From: Candidatus Omnitrophota bacterium
GTDB lineage: Bacteria; Omnitrophota; Gorgyraeia; JAFGHF01
Assembly: GCA_042571705.1 (NCBI GenBank)
Contig: JBHPFV010000001.1
Location: 110,630 to 174,629 of the forward strand
Direction: 5' to 3'
DNA: 64,000 nucleotides
Shown here: positions 16,272 through 25,400 of the stretch, in pieces
How the letters are laid out: each line of letters opens with the position of its first letter
How positions within the stretch are numbered: position 1 is the first letter of the stretch
Translations under genes and position numbers: made by a program
Notes under the pieces: generated by a model
What the model was told of the DNA's origin: nothing
Seen by the model: the letters and a program-made list of their open reading frames with translations, nothing else
The model's database searches: none

Positions 16272-19200
16272 ATGAGAAAGATTAGCAAGAGTTTAGTCTG
16301 TTGTCTGATCTGGGTAGTCGTATTTATTATATCTGCCGCAGGCTTAGTAGCGGCCGATAGCTACTCAGATTATTTTTTAGAGGACAACGAACAGGAATTT
16401 GTCACTCCGGAGAATATTCGTGAGTTGGCCCGGATTCATTATTCTCGGGCCAGAGAGTTTTACCGCCGCGGGGAATATACCCAGGCCCGTAGAGAGTTTT
16501 CCGAGGTGCTCAAATATGACCCCAGGCATCAAGGCGCCCAGTGGTATTTGGAGGCCATCCAGCAGGAAATAGCCAAGCACGGCGTGAGCCCAATGCAGGT
16601 TGGTGAGTCAGGCCGGTTGACAAAATCAAAGAGCTTACAGCAAGCGTTAGATACAGTTGAAGGCAGCGACAATCAGGTTCGCGAACAGAAGGCTAAGCAG
16701 CAGGCGATTATCGATGCTGAGGAGAAAATGCAAGAGCAAAAGAGCCGGCGCTGGCGTAGCCAGGATCACAAAAGCAGGCTTAAATATCAGAAACAGCGTA
16801 AACAGCAACAAGCCCAGGCAGTTAAAGAAGCAATCGACGACCATCTGATCCAGGCCAAATACTTTTACCAAGAGGGCGATTTTGCTCAAGCTGAACAGGA
16901 ATGCCAACAGGCCCTGGAGCTGGATCCTAAAAATAAAGAGATTCGTAGCCTCCTGCAGAAGATTGCCCGGGCTAAAAGCCGGATCGCGGAACAAAAGCGC
17001 AAGACCAAAAGAGAAGCGGCCCTGCAGGCTCAAGCAAAATTAAGAAAGGAAAAAGCGCTTCGAACAAAGAAAGAAAGATCGGAGCAACTTAAGGCCAAAA
17101 AAGATAATCAAGAGCTAGAGCAGAAGATCAGGCTGCATTATAACCAAGGCAAGAAACATTTTAAAAATAAAGACTATATTGCCGCGCGTAAAGAATTTAA
17201 AGACATCTTGATTTTTGATCCCAAGAATAAATATGCCTTAAATGCCATAGAAAAAGTAGAAGCCACGATCCGAAAAGAAGAAAGGGAGGCTGAGCAAAAG
17301 CGGCGCCAGGAGGAAAAGCTGGCAGCCAAGCAGCGCAAAGAAACTATCGCCCAACATTTCGGCCAGGGTAAGATTTATGTTCATGAGAGAAAATATACTC
17401 AGGCCTTGGAAGAATTTAAGCAGGTTTTAATCCTTGATCCGGGTAATACCACAGCGGAAAAATTTATTATAGAATGCCGTAAACTATTGGTTAAGTCTCA
17501 GCGCCTGAAGAAAGAACACTTAAGTAAAGTCAAGCAGGCCGAGAAACAGGCCTTAAGGCAGGCCCAGCAGGAGTTAGCCAATCGGGCTGAGCAAAAGGCC
17601 CGCGAGGAAGAACGGGCCAGGCTAGAAGCCGAGCAAGAAACGAAAAAGCAACGCCAGGAAAAGATCAAGCAGCATCTGGCTCAGGGCAAAATTTACTGGC
17701 ATCAAAACCAATACGCCCAGGCTGTTGAAGAACTGAAACAGGTTCTAATTCTTGAGCCGGATCATCGCAGCGCCGAAAAACTACTTTTAAAGAGCAAGAA
17801 ACGCGTCGCCCTCGCCCAGCGCCGCGAACAAGAGCGCCTGGAAAAAGACAAGCAACGCCAGGCCCAGGCCTGGCGCCGCGAACAAGAGCGTCTGGAAGAA
17901 GAAAAACAACGCCAGGAGCGTGAGGCCGAGCGCGAAGCTGAGCAGGCTAGAATCGAGGCTGAACAAGCCAAAATCAAGGCTGAGAAAAAAGCCCAGGAAC
18001 AAAAACGCCAAAAAGAGTTGGCCCGGCAAAAACAGCTCAAAGAAACAATCAACTTTCATCTTGAAGGAGCCAAACATTACTTTAATCTACAGGAATTTGA
18101 CCAAGTTAAAGCTAAGCTTGATCAGGTGTTTAAACTCGATCCCGCAAACAAAACAGCCCGCCAATATCTATCCAGGATCGAGCAGACCATCAGGGAACAA
18201 GAGCGGGCTGAGGTTTTAGCTGAGCGCAAAGAAAAGCAACGCCAGGCCCAGGCCTGGCGCCGCGAACAAGAGCGTCTGGAAAAAGAAAAACAACGCCAGG
18301 AGCGTGAGGCCGAATTAGCCAGGATTAAGGCTGAAAAAGAAATTGAGCTTGCCAGAATCAAGGCTGAGAAAGAAGAGCGTTTGCGTCAAGAACGCTTAGA
18401 AAAAGAAAAGCAACGCCAAGAACGCGAGGCCGAACTCGCCAGAATCAAGGCTGAGCGCGAAGCTGAGCAAACCAGAATCGAGGCCGAGAAAGAGGTCCGG
18501 CTGGCTAAGATTAAAGCTGAGAAAGAAGAACGCCTGCGTCAACAGCTCCTGGCGAAAGAAAAGCAACGCCAAGAACGTCAGACCAAGCTAGCCAGGATCA
18601 AGGCCGAGAAAGAAGCTCAGGAACAAAAACGTCAAAAAGAGTTAGCCCGGCAAAAACAGCTCAAAGAAAAAATCAACTTTCATCTTGAAGGAGCCAAACA
18701 CAACTTTAATCTGCAGCAATTCGACCAGGTTAAAGCTAAGCTTGATCAGGTGTTTAAACTCGATCCCGCAAACAAAGCGGCCTACAAATATCTATCCAGG
18801 ATCGAGCAGACCATCAGGGAACAAAAGCAGGCTAAGGTTTTAGCTGAGCGTACAGAAAAACAGCGCCAGCTGCGTGAAGAGCTCCTGCGCAAAAAACGCG
18901 CAGCCGACACCCAACGCCGCGAACAAGAACGCCTGGTAGAAGAAAAGCGCCAAGCTAAACTTGAGGCTGAACTAGCCAGACAAAAAAGGCGCGAAAAAAC
19001 AATAGCGCGCTTCTTAACTCAAGGAAAAGTTTATTTTCATCAGGAAAAATATAAACAGGCGCTCAAAGAATTTAAGCAAGTTTTAATTGTCGACCAGGAT
19101 CATCCCCAGGCAGAAAAATATATCTTAAAATGCAGCAAGGCTATAGCCAGAGTCCAGCGCCGCGAACAGGAACGCCTGGCGAAAGAAAAACAGCGCCGGG

Positions 19201-22200
19201 AACAGGAGGCTGAAGCAGCCAGGATCAAGGCTGAGAAAGAAGCCCGACTAGCCAGGATCAAGGCCGATAAAGAGGCCCAGGAACAAAAACGCCAAAAAAG
19301 ACTAGCCCAACAGCGCCAGCTGGCCGAAAAGATCAATTTTCATCTCACCCAAGGGAAATATCATCTCCAGGAGCAGAAGTTCGACCTGGCTAAGCAGGAA
19401 TTTGGTAAGGTCCTTTTTCTGGACCACAACAACCAACCCGCCCAAAAATACCTGAGCCGGATGGAAAAGGCAGTTAAGCAACAAGCAGCTGCCCAAGCCC
19501 TCACTCAGCGCCGCGAACAAGAGCGCCTGGCAAAAGAAAAACAGCTCCGGGAACAGGAGGCTGAAGCAGCCAGGATCAAGGCTGAGAAAGAAGCCCGACT
19601 AGCCAAGATCAAGGCCGATAAAGAGGCCCAGGAACAAAAACGCCAGGAACAAGAAGCCCAGCAGCGCCAGCTAGCCGAAAAAATCAATATCCACCTCGAA
19701 GAAGGCAAATACTACTTTAAGGAGCAGGAATTCGCCCAGGCCCGATCAGAGTTTAAGCAAGTCCTGGCCCTGGACTTCAAAAACAAAACCGCCCGTGATT
19801 ATATCCATAAAATCGAAAAGAACTTAAAACAGGACCTGCCCCAATTTTCAGCCGCCGGAAAACTAGATACTAGCCGCGAAGTCAGGTTAGACAAGTTAAT
19901 GGCTGAGCAAATGCTGGAGTTGGAACAGACACTCCAGGGCTATCAGGATGTATTAAAAGGTGACCGCCTGGCCCAAAAGGAAGCCCGGCTCGATGACAAA
20001 GTCGCTTTGTATAGAACTAAACTGGCTAAGTTAGAGCAGCAGAAGCTGAAGATCGGGCAGATCGACCCGGATACCTATCAACAGGGCCTAACACTGCAAC
20101 AAGACGCTGAATACAAAAGTCTAGAGTTAAAGCTGACCAATAAGTTACGCCGGGCAAAGACAGAACAGCTGGAGAAGACCTTGCAGGCTGCGCTACAGCG
20201 CAAAGAGGCCGAGATAGGAGAAAAGATCAGGGCCTACGAAGCCAGTATCGATGAACTGAAAAAAGAAAAGGCCCGGCCATTCTATCAACAAGGTTTAGCC
20301 CAGCTTAAGAAGAAACAATACGCTCAAGCCAAAGAAAGCCTGGATAAAGCCCTGTCCATTTACCCTGATTATCAGCGTGCCAGAACAGCTCGCGAACAGA
20401 TTGATAATAAAGAGAAGCTGGAGATTTATTTCGTTGATGGCAAAGATCATTTTGAAAACCAGGAGTATGAGCAAGCTAGAAAGAAATTCGAAAAGATAGT
20501 TGAGCTTGATTATAATCATCAGCCGGCGCGAAAATATTTATCCCAGATTAAAGAACAACAACGGCGTTGGACAGAAAAGCAGCGCCAGGCCCAAGATCAG
20601 GCGGTAATCGAGGCCCAGAAAAAATTAGCTAAACAAAAGCAGCGCCAGCTAGCCGAAAAAATCAATATCCACCTCGAAGAAGGCAAATACTACTTTAAGG
20701 AGCAGGAATTCGCCCAGGCCCGATCAGAGTTTAAGCAAGTCCTGGCCCTGGACTTCAAAAACAAAACCGCCCGTGATTATATCCATAAAATCGAAAAGAA
20801 CTTAAAACAGGACCTGCCCCAATTTTCAGCCGCCGGAAAACTAGATACTAGCCGCGAAGTCAGGTTAGACAAGTTAATGGCTGAGCAAATGCTGGAGTTG
20901 GAACAGACACTCCAGGGCTATCAGGATGTATTAAAAGGTGACCGCCTGGCCCAAAAGGAAGCCCGGCTCGATGACAAAGTCGCTTTGTATAGAACTAAAC
21001 TGGCTAAGTTAGAGCAGCAGAAGCTGAAGATCGGGCAGATCGACCCGGATACCTATCAACAGGGCCTAACACTGCAACAAGACGCTGAATACAAAAGTCT
21101 AGAGTTAAAGCTGACCAATAAGTTACGCCGGGCAAAGACAGAACAGCTGGAGAAGACCTTGCAGGCTGCGCTACAGCGCAAAGAGGCCGAGATAGGAGAA
21201 AAGATCAGGGCCTACGAAGCCAGTATCGATGAACTGAAAAAAGAAAAGGCCCGGCCATTCTATCAACAAGGTTTAGCCCAGCTTAAGAAGAAACAATACG
21301 CTCAAGCCAAAGAAAGCCTGGATACAGCGCTGTCTATTTACCCTGACTACCAGCCGGCCAAAGACGCCCGGGAACAGATTGATACTGAGGAGAAAGTCCA
21401 GTGGCATCTTGCCCAAGGCGAATATTATCTTGGGAAACAAGAGTACGCCCGGGCGCGATTAGAGTTTGAAAAAGTTTTCAAATTAGACTACAGAAACCAA
21501 CAGGCCAAAGATTCGCTGAACAAGATTAACAGCCAAGTCCGAGAGGTAGCGACTGCCCAAGCGCAAGCGAGAAAAGAGGAAACAGCGCGCCGGCAGCAGG
21601 CAAAAATAAATTTTCATCTTAATCAGGGCAAATACTTCTTTGTTGAAGAAAAATATAGCCAGGCCAGATCAGAGCTTAAGAAGGTCCTGGCCTTAGACAG
21701 CACAAACAAACCGGCCCAAGACTATTTAAGCAAAGTTGGCAAAGCGGCCAAGGAAAACGCCCGTGCTGAAGTCATGGCCAGGGCTGAGGAAAAACAGCGC
21801 CGGCAGGAACAATTGCGTCTAGCTAAGATTAAAGCAGGGCAGCTAGCCAAAGAGAAAAGGCGCCAGGAGGAATTGGCCAAGAAACGCGAGCTGGAAAGAA
21901 GGGTTGATTTTCACCTGGCCCAGGGCCGCTATCTTCTCAGCCAGGAAAATTACGCTATGGCCAAAGAAGAATTTAATAAAATCCTGGCCTTGGATTTCGA
22001 GAACAAACAGGCCGAAAGGTATTTAAATAAAATTACCGAAATAGTTGAGAAAGAAAAGCGCAATGAACAGCTGGCCAGAGAGAAAGCAAGGCAACGCCGG
22101 GCCAAAGAAACCGCCGAGAAAAAGCGCCAGGAGGAATTGGCCCGGGAACGGGAGCTGGAAAAAAGGATCGCTATTTACATCAGAAAGGGCAGGCTCTACT

Positions 22201-24689
22201 ATGATCAACAAAAATACGAGCAGGCCCAGATGCAGTTTAATAGTGCCCTGAACTTAGACCATAAAAATAGATTAGCTAACAGCTACTTGCAGAAAATTCA
22301 GGCACAGCGAGAGCGCTTCGAGAAAGAGCAGCAACGAGCCATTGTCTTGGCCGAGGAGAGATTAAAGCAGGAACAAAAGCGAAAAGAGAAAGAAACCGCT
22401 GAGCAAGAGCGCCAGAAGCAATTGGTCAAGAAGCGCGAACTGGAAAAAAAGATTAAATTTCACCTGGTCCAGGGCCACTACTGCTTTAGCCGTCAAGACT
22501 ACGCTCTAGCCCGAAAAGAATTTAATAAAATCCTGGCCTTGGATTTCGAGAACAAACAGGCCGAAAGGTATTTAAATAAAATTACCGAAATAGTTGAGAA
22601 AGAAAAGCGCAATGAGCAGCTGGCCAGAAAGAAAGCTAAGCAACGCCGGGCCAAAGAAGCCGCCGAGCAAGAGCGCCAGAAGCAATTGGCCAAGAAACGC
22701 GAGCTGGAAAGAAGGGTTGATTTTCACCTGGCCCAGGGCCGCTATCTTCTCAGCCAGGAAAATTACGCTATGGCCAAAGAAGAATTTAATAAAATCCTGG
22801 CCTTGGATTTCGAGAACAAACAGGCCGAAAGGTATTTAAATAAAATTACCGAAATAGTTGAGAAAGAAAAGCGCAATGAACAGCTGGCCAGAGAGAAAGC
22901 AAGGCAACGCCGGGCCAAAGAAACCGCCGAGAAAAAGCGCCAGAAGCAATTGGCCAAGGAACGCGAGCTGGAAAGAAGGATTGATTTTCACCTGGCCCAG
23001 GGCCGCTACTACTTAAGCCGGCAAGACTACGCTCTGGCCAAAAAAGAATGCGATAAGGCGCTGGTTTTAGATTACCAAAATAAGCGGGCTAAAAAATACT
23101 TAAATAAAATTGCCAAGGCAATGGAAGCAGAAGCTCGGCAAGAGGTGTTAGCTAAAAAAAGTAAATTGGAAAAAAAGGTTAGCGTTCATCTTGACCAGGG
23201 CAAGGCTTACTTGCTAGAAGTAGACTATCAAAATGCGATCAGAAAGTTCAGCCAGGTTTTAGTGTTGGACCAGGACAATAAGCAGGCCCAAAAATATTTG
23301 AATAAAATTGCCAAAGCAATTGAGGCCGAAGCGCAGGTCAAAAAACAGACCCTCGCCCAGCGCCGCGAACAGGAGCGCCTGGAAAAAGAAAGACAGCGCC
23401 AAGAGAACATTAATCAGCATCTGGCTCAGGGAAAGATTTACTTTCACCAGGGCAAGCACCAAGAGGCGATTGCCGAATTTGGCAAGATTTTGTTTTTTGA
23501 TCCTGAACACGCTGATGCCGAGCAGTATATGTTACGTTCTAAACAAGTCTTTTCCAGAGATAAGCCTCAACAGCAGCTTGACCAGAAAACGGTGCAGGAA
23601 CAGCGCCAGCGCGAACAGGTGCAGACCAAGCTGCTGGAAGGGCAGATGACTAAGCTTAAACAGGTGTTAGAAGAATATGAACAGGCCCTGGAGGAGAAAC
23701 TGGCGCAAAAAGAAGTTGTCTCCTCTCCGCGATTTGCCAAATTTGAGTCCCGGGCCACTCAATTAGAAGAGGAAAAGCAGAAAATTGAGCTGGAGATCGT
23801 CCGCGAAGAAGCGGAGCTAAAAATGGCTCAGCAAGAACGAGAGAAACTTGAGACTGAATTAGGGCAGCTGCGCCAGGAACAAGAACAGTCAATAATCGAA
23901 GAATGGCAAAAATATCAAGTGAGTTTTCAGAATGAATTTGAGCGGCTGACGCAGAAAGAAGCCGAACTCGAACAAAAGATTAAAGATTACGAAGCTAAGA
24001 TAGAACAGCTGCAAATGTTTCCCTCTGTTGCCGTCGTCGCCCCGGCAGCCCGCGGCGTTGAATATGAGCCGCAATACTTAGTTGGCGACGCCGAAGCAGC
24101 GGATGGTTTAAAAGAAAAGGCCGCCCCAGCTGATAGTGTAGAGACAATTATGCTTAAACTGAAGATGGAACAATTGCATAATCAGGTCGAAGGCTTGATG
24201 CAGGAAAAAGCCAAGCCGTTTTACGAACGCGGCCGGACCCATTTAAAGAAGGAAAGATATGCCCAAGCCAGAGATGATCTTGAGCAGGCCCTAGCTATTT
24301 ATCCTAACTATACGCAGGCCCAGCGGGCGATTGATGCAATTGAACAGGTGGAGAAGATCGAGATCCATCTTTCCGAAGGTAAATTCTATTATGGCGAAAA
24401 AAACTATCAAAAAGCCAAACAGGAATTCACTAACGCCCTGGAGTTAGATTACAAACATAGAGAAGCCCGTAAATATCTGCGTCGGATAGAGAAGGCGCTG
24501 AAGGATGGAAAATCCGGTCCGCGGGAAAAGAGGAGATCCGTCTCCAGTCGGGAAACCAGGGAGCTTGAGCAAAAAAGACTCAAAGATATTAAAGACTTTT
24601 ATGAAAAAGGAAAATTTTATTTTGGTCAAGGCCTCTATCAAGAAGCCGTGGTTTGTTTTGAGAAAGTTATTGAATTAGAAAAGCAGTAG
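16272..24689 (+). CDS. giant (2805-2820 aa) exported repeat protein: about 26 isolated TPR-like units separated by E/R/K/Q-rich helical spacers
   Basis: A single uninterrupted ORF. ATG 16272 gives MRKISKSLVCCLIWVVVFIISAAGLVAA-DS (signal peptide or anchor); the ORF also opens at 16227. The recurring unit is I.FHL..GKYYF....Y..A..EF..VL.LD..N..A..YL.KI, alternating with tracts such as RREQERLEKEKQRQEREAELARIKAEKE. Confidence 0.85.
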   Translation: MRKISKSLVCCLIWVVVFIISAAGLVAADSYSDYFLEDNEQEFVTPENIRELARIHYSRAREFYRRGEYTQARREFSEVLKYDPRHQGAQWYLEAIQQEIAKHGVSPMQVGESGRLTKSKSLQQALDTVEGSDNQVREQKAKQQAIIDAEEKMQEQKSRRWRSQDHKSRLKYQKQRKQQQAQAVKEAIDDHLIQAKYFYQEGDFAQAEQECQQALELDPKNKEIRSLLQKIARAKSRIAEQKRKTKREAALQAQAKLRKEKALRTKKERSEQLKAKKDNQELEQKIRLHYNQGKKHFKNKDYIAARKEFKDILIFDPKNKYALNAIEKVEATIRKEEREAEQKRRQEEKLAAKQRKETIAQHFGQGKIYVHERKYTQALEEFKQVLILDPGNTTAEKFIIECRKLLVKSQRLKKEHLSKVKQAEKQALRQAQQELANRAEQKAREEERARLEAEQETKKQRQEKIKQHLAQGKIYWHQNQYAQAVEELKQVLILEPDHRSAEKLLLKSKKRVALAQRREQERLEKDKQRQAQAWRREQERLEEEKQRQEREAEREAEQARIEAEQAKIKAEKKAQEQKRQKELARQKQLKETINFHLEGAKHYFNLQEFDQVKAKLDQVFKLDPANKTARQYLSRIEQTIREQERAEVLAERKEKQRQAQAWRREQERLEKEKQRQEREAELARIKAEKEIELARIKAEKEERLRQERLEKEKQRQEREAELARIKAEREAEQTRIEAEKEVRLAKIKAEKEERLRQQLLAKEKQRQERQTKLARIKAEKEAQEQKRQKELARQKQLKEKINFHLEGAKHNFNLQQFDQVKAKLDQVFKLDPANKAAYKYLSRIEQTIREQKQAKVLAERTEKQRQLREELLRKKRAADTQRREQERLVEEKRQAKLEAELARQKRREKTIARFLTQGKVYFHQEKYKQALKEFKQVLIVDQDHPQAEKYILKCSKAIARVQRREQERLAKEKQRREQEAEAARIKAEKEARLARIKADKEAQEQKRQKRLAQQRQLAEKINFHLTQGKYHLQEQKFDLAKQEFGKVLFLDHNNQPAQKYLSRMEKAVKQQAAAQALTQRREQERLAKEKQLREQEAEAARIKAEKEARLAKIKADKEAQEQKRQEQEAQQRQLAEKINIHLEEGKYYFKEQEFAQARSEFKQVLALDFKNKTARDYIHKIEKNLKQDLPQFSAAGKLDTSREVRLDKLMAEQMLELEQTLQGYQDVLKGDRLAQKEARLDDKVALYRTKLAKLEQQKLKIGQIDPDTYQQGLTLQQDAEYKSLELKLTNKLRRAKTEQLEKTLQAALQRKEAEIGEKIRAYEASIDELKKEKARPFYQQGLAQLKKKQYAQAKESLDKALSIYPDYQRARTAREQIDNKEKLEIYFVDGKDHFENQEYEQARKKFEKIVELDYNHQPARKYLSQIKEQQRRWTEKQRQAQDQAVIEAQKKLAKQKQRQLAEKINIHLEEGKYYFKEQEFAQARSEFKQVLALDFKNKTARDYIHKIEKNLKQDLPQFSAAGKLDTSREVRLDKLMAEQMLELEQTLQGYQDVLKGDRLAQKEARLDDKVALYRTKLAKLEQQKLKIGQIDPDTYQQGLTLQQDAEYKSLELKLTNKLRRAKTEQLEKTLQAALQRKEAEIGEKIRAYEASIDELKKEKARPFYQQGLAQLKKKQYAQAKESLDTALSIYPDYQPAKDAREQIDTEEKVQWHLAQGEYYLGKQEYARARLEFEKVFKLDYRNQQAKDSLNKINSQVREVATAQAQARKEETARRQQAKINFHLNQGKYFFVEEKYSQARSELKKVLALDSTNKPAQDYLSKVGKAAKENARAEVMARAEEKQRRQEQLRLAKIKAGQLAKEKRRQEELAKKRELERRVDFHLAQGRYLLSQENYAMAKEEFNKILALDFENKQAERYLNKITEIVEKEKRNEQLAREKARQRRAKETAEKKRQEELARERELEKRIAIYIRKGRLYYDQQKYEQAQMQFNSALNLDHKNRLANSYLQKIQAQRERFEKEQQRAIVLAEERLKQEQKRKEKETAEQERQKQLVKKRELEKKIKFHLVQGHYCFSRQDYALARKEFNKILALDFENKQAERYLNKITEIVEKEKRNEQLARKKAKQRRAKEAAEQERQKQLAKKRELERRVDFHLAQGRYLLSQENYAMAKEEFNKILALDFENKQAERYLNKITEIVEKEKRNEQLAREKARQRRAKETAEKKRQKQLAKERELERRIDFHLAQGRYYLSRQDYALAKKECDKALVLDYQNKRAKKYLNKIAKAMEAEARQEVLAKKSKLEKKVSVHLDQGKAYLLEVDYQNAIRKFSQVLVLDQDNKQAQKYLNKIAKAIEAEAQVKKQTLAQRREQERLEKERQRQENINQHLAQGKIYFHQGKHQEAIAEFGKILFFDPEHADAEQYMLRSKQVFSRDKPQQQLDQKTVQEQRQREQVQTKLLEGQMTKLKQVLEEYEQALEEKLAQKEVVSSPRFAKFESRATQLEEEKQKIELEIVREEAELKMAQQEREKLETELGQLRQEQEQSIIEEWQKYQVSFQNEFERLTQKEAELEQKIKDYEAKIEQLQMFPSVAVVAPAARGVEYEPQYLVGDAEAADGLKEKAAPADSVETIMLKLKMEQLHNQVEGLMQEKAKPFYERGRTHLKKERYAQARDDLEQALAIYPNYTQAQRAIDAIEQVEKIEIHLSEGKFYYGEKNYQKAKQEFTNALELDYKHREARKYLRRIEKALKDGKSGPREKRRSVSSRETRELEQKRLKDIKDFYEKGKFYFGQGLYQEAVVCFEKVIELEKQ
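19660..21324 (+). repeat. two nucleotide-perfect 687-bp direct copies inside the giant gene (19660-20346 and 20638-21324; period 978 nt = 326 codons)
   Basis: Base-by-base comparison of the two stretches found no mismatch. The flanks differ at 19659/20637 and 20347/21325. Confidence 0.85.
21871..22943 (+). repeat. two perfect 260-bp direct copies (21871-22130 and 22684-22943; period 813 nt = 271 codons) plus a third ~100-bp perfect partial copy (22516-22615)
   Basis: Direct comparison. All copies are in frame and encode VDFHLAQGRYLLSQENYAMAKEEFNKILALDFENKQAERYLNKITEIVEKEKRNEQ... Confidence 0.8.
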
Positions 24690-24730
24690 GCCGCAGGTAG
24701 GTAGGGGGTAGAAAAAAAGGAGGCGCGAAA

Positions 24731-25366
24731 ATTTTTAGGGCTATTTTAATTGTATCTTTTGTTTTTGTTTTTGTCGCACCGGTTGAGGTGTTTGGAGAAA
24801 TTGTGGATACAGGTTTTGAGAATCGCCATACTTACCGCGTGGATACGCGCAGCGACGACGATGATTACAGTTTTTACATCACCCGGGCCGCAGGCTATCT
24901 GGATTTCAATTGCCCGCTATTAGAAAGGACTTTCCGGATTGCCCCTTTTTTTGAATATCAGTCTAATCTTGATACCAATACTTGGTGGCGTAAAGAGCTG
25001 GGCGCGGAGATTGGCACCAGTTTCTTCAACGATATTTTTTACTACGGCGCCTCACTGCAATATGTCTGGCAGAAGCTGGACAATTACCCCGTTGAAGATA
25101 CCACCGAGACTGCTGAGTGGGAATCCCGGTTTGTGATTACTCCGCCGATAAATTGGTGGATTTTTGGCGACACATTATTTTTGCGGCTGTTTAATGAATA
25201 TACCGTTGATCTTGAACGCGGCCAAGGCACATTTAATCAAGTCGGGGTAGTCTTTGACTGGCAGGTTTTGGATTGGTTGCGGCTGCCGATTGGTTACCGG
25301 CATGTAGACCGAGTGCACGATTACGACGCCGACACCTTGGAATTCTCTGTTGTGTTTAGCTTTTGA
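24731..25366 (+). CDS. small outer-membrane beta-barrel protein; probable non-canonical ATT start
   Basis: The frame is open from 24713, and the first canonical start (GTG 24788) would remove the hydrophobic N-terminus. ATT 24731 lies 7 nt after GAGG (24720-24723) and yields MFRAILIVSFVFVFVAPVEVFG... The protein has alternating strand patterns and ends ...TLEFSVVFSF (OMP C-terminal Phe). Confidence 0.45.
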   Translation: MFRAILIVSFVFVFVAPVEVFGEIVDTGFENRHTYRVDTRSDDDDYSFYITRAAGYLDFNCPLLERTFRIAPFFEYQSNLDTNTWWRKELGAEIGTSFFNDIFYYGASLQYVWQKLDNYPVEDTTETAEWESRFVITPPINWWIFGDTLFLRLFNEYTVDLERGQGTFNQVGVVFDWQVLDWLRLPIGYRHVDRVHDYDADTLEFSVVFSF

Positions 25367-25400
25367 GCCAGAGGCGCCAGGGGAGAAAGGGGACGTAAAG

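Noticed and set aside
17760-23900. Many 60-130-aa ORFs on both strands inside the giant gene; periodic repeats that could superficially suggest a CRISPR-like array
   Set aside because: The repeats are in-frame coding duplications of 100-690 bp with no short unique spacers. The antisense and off-frame ORFs are low-complexity mirror images (S/C/R/A/F-rich) of the E/K/R/Q-rich sense frame.
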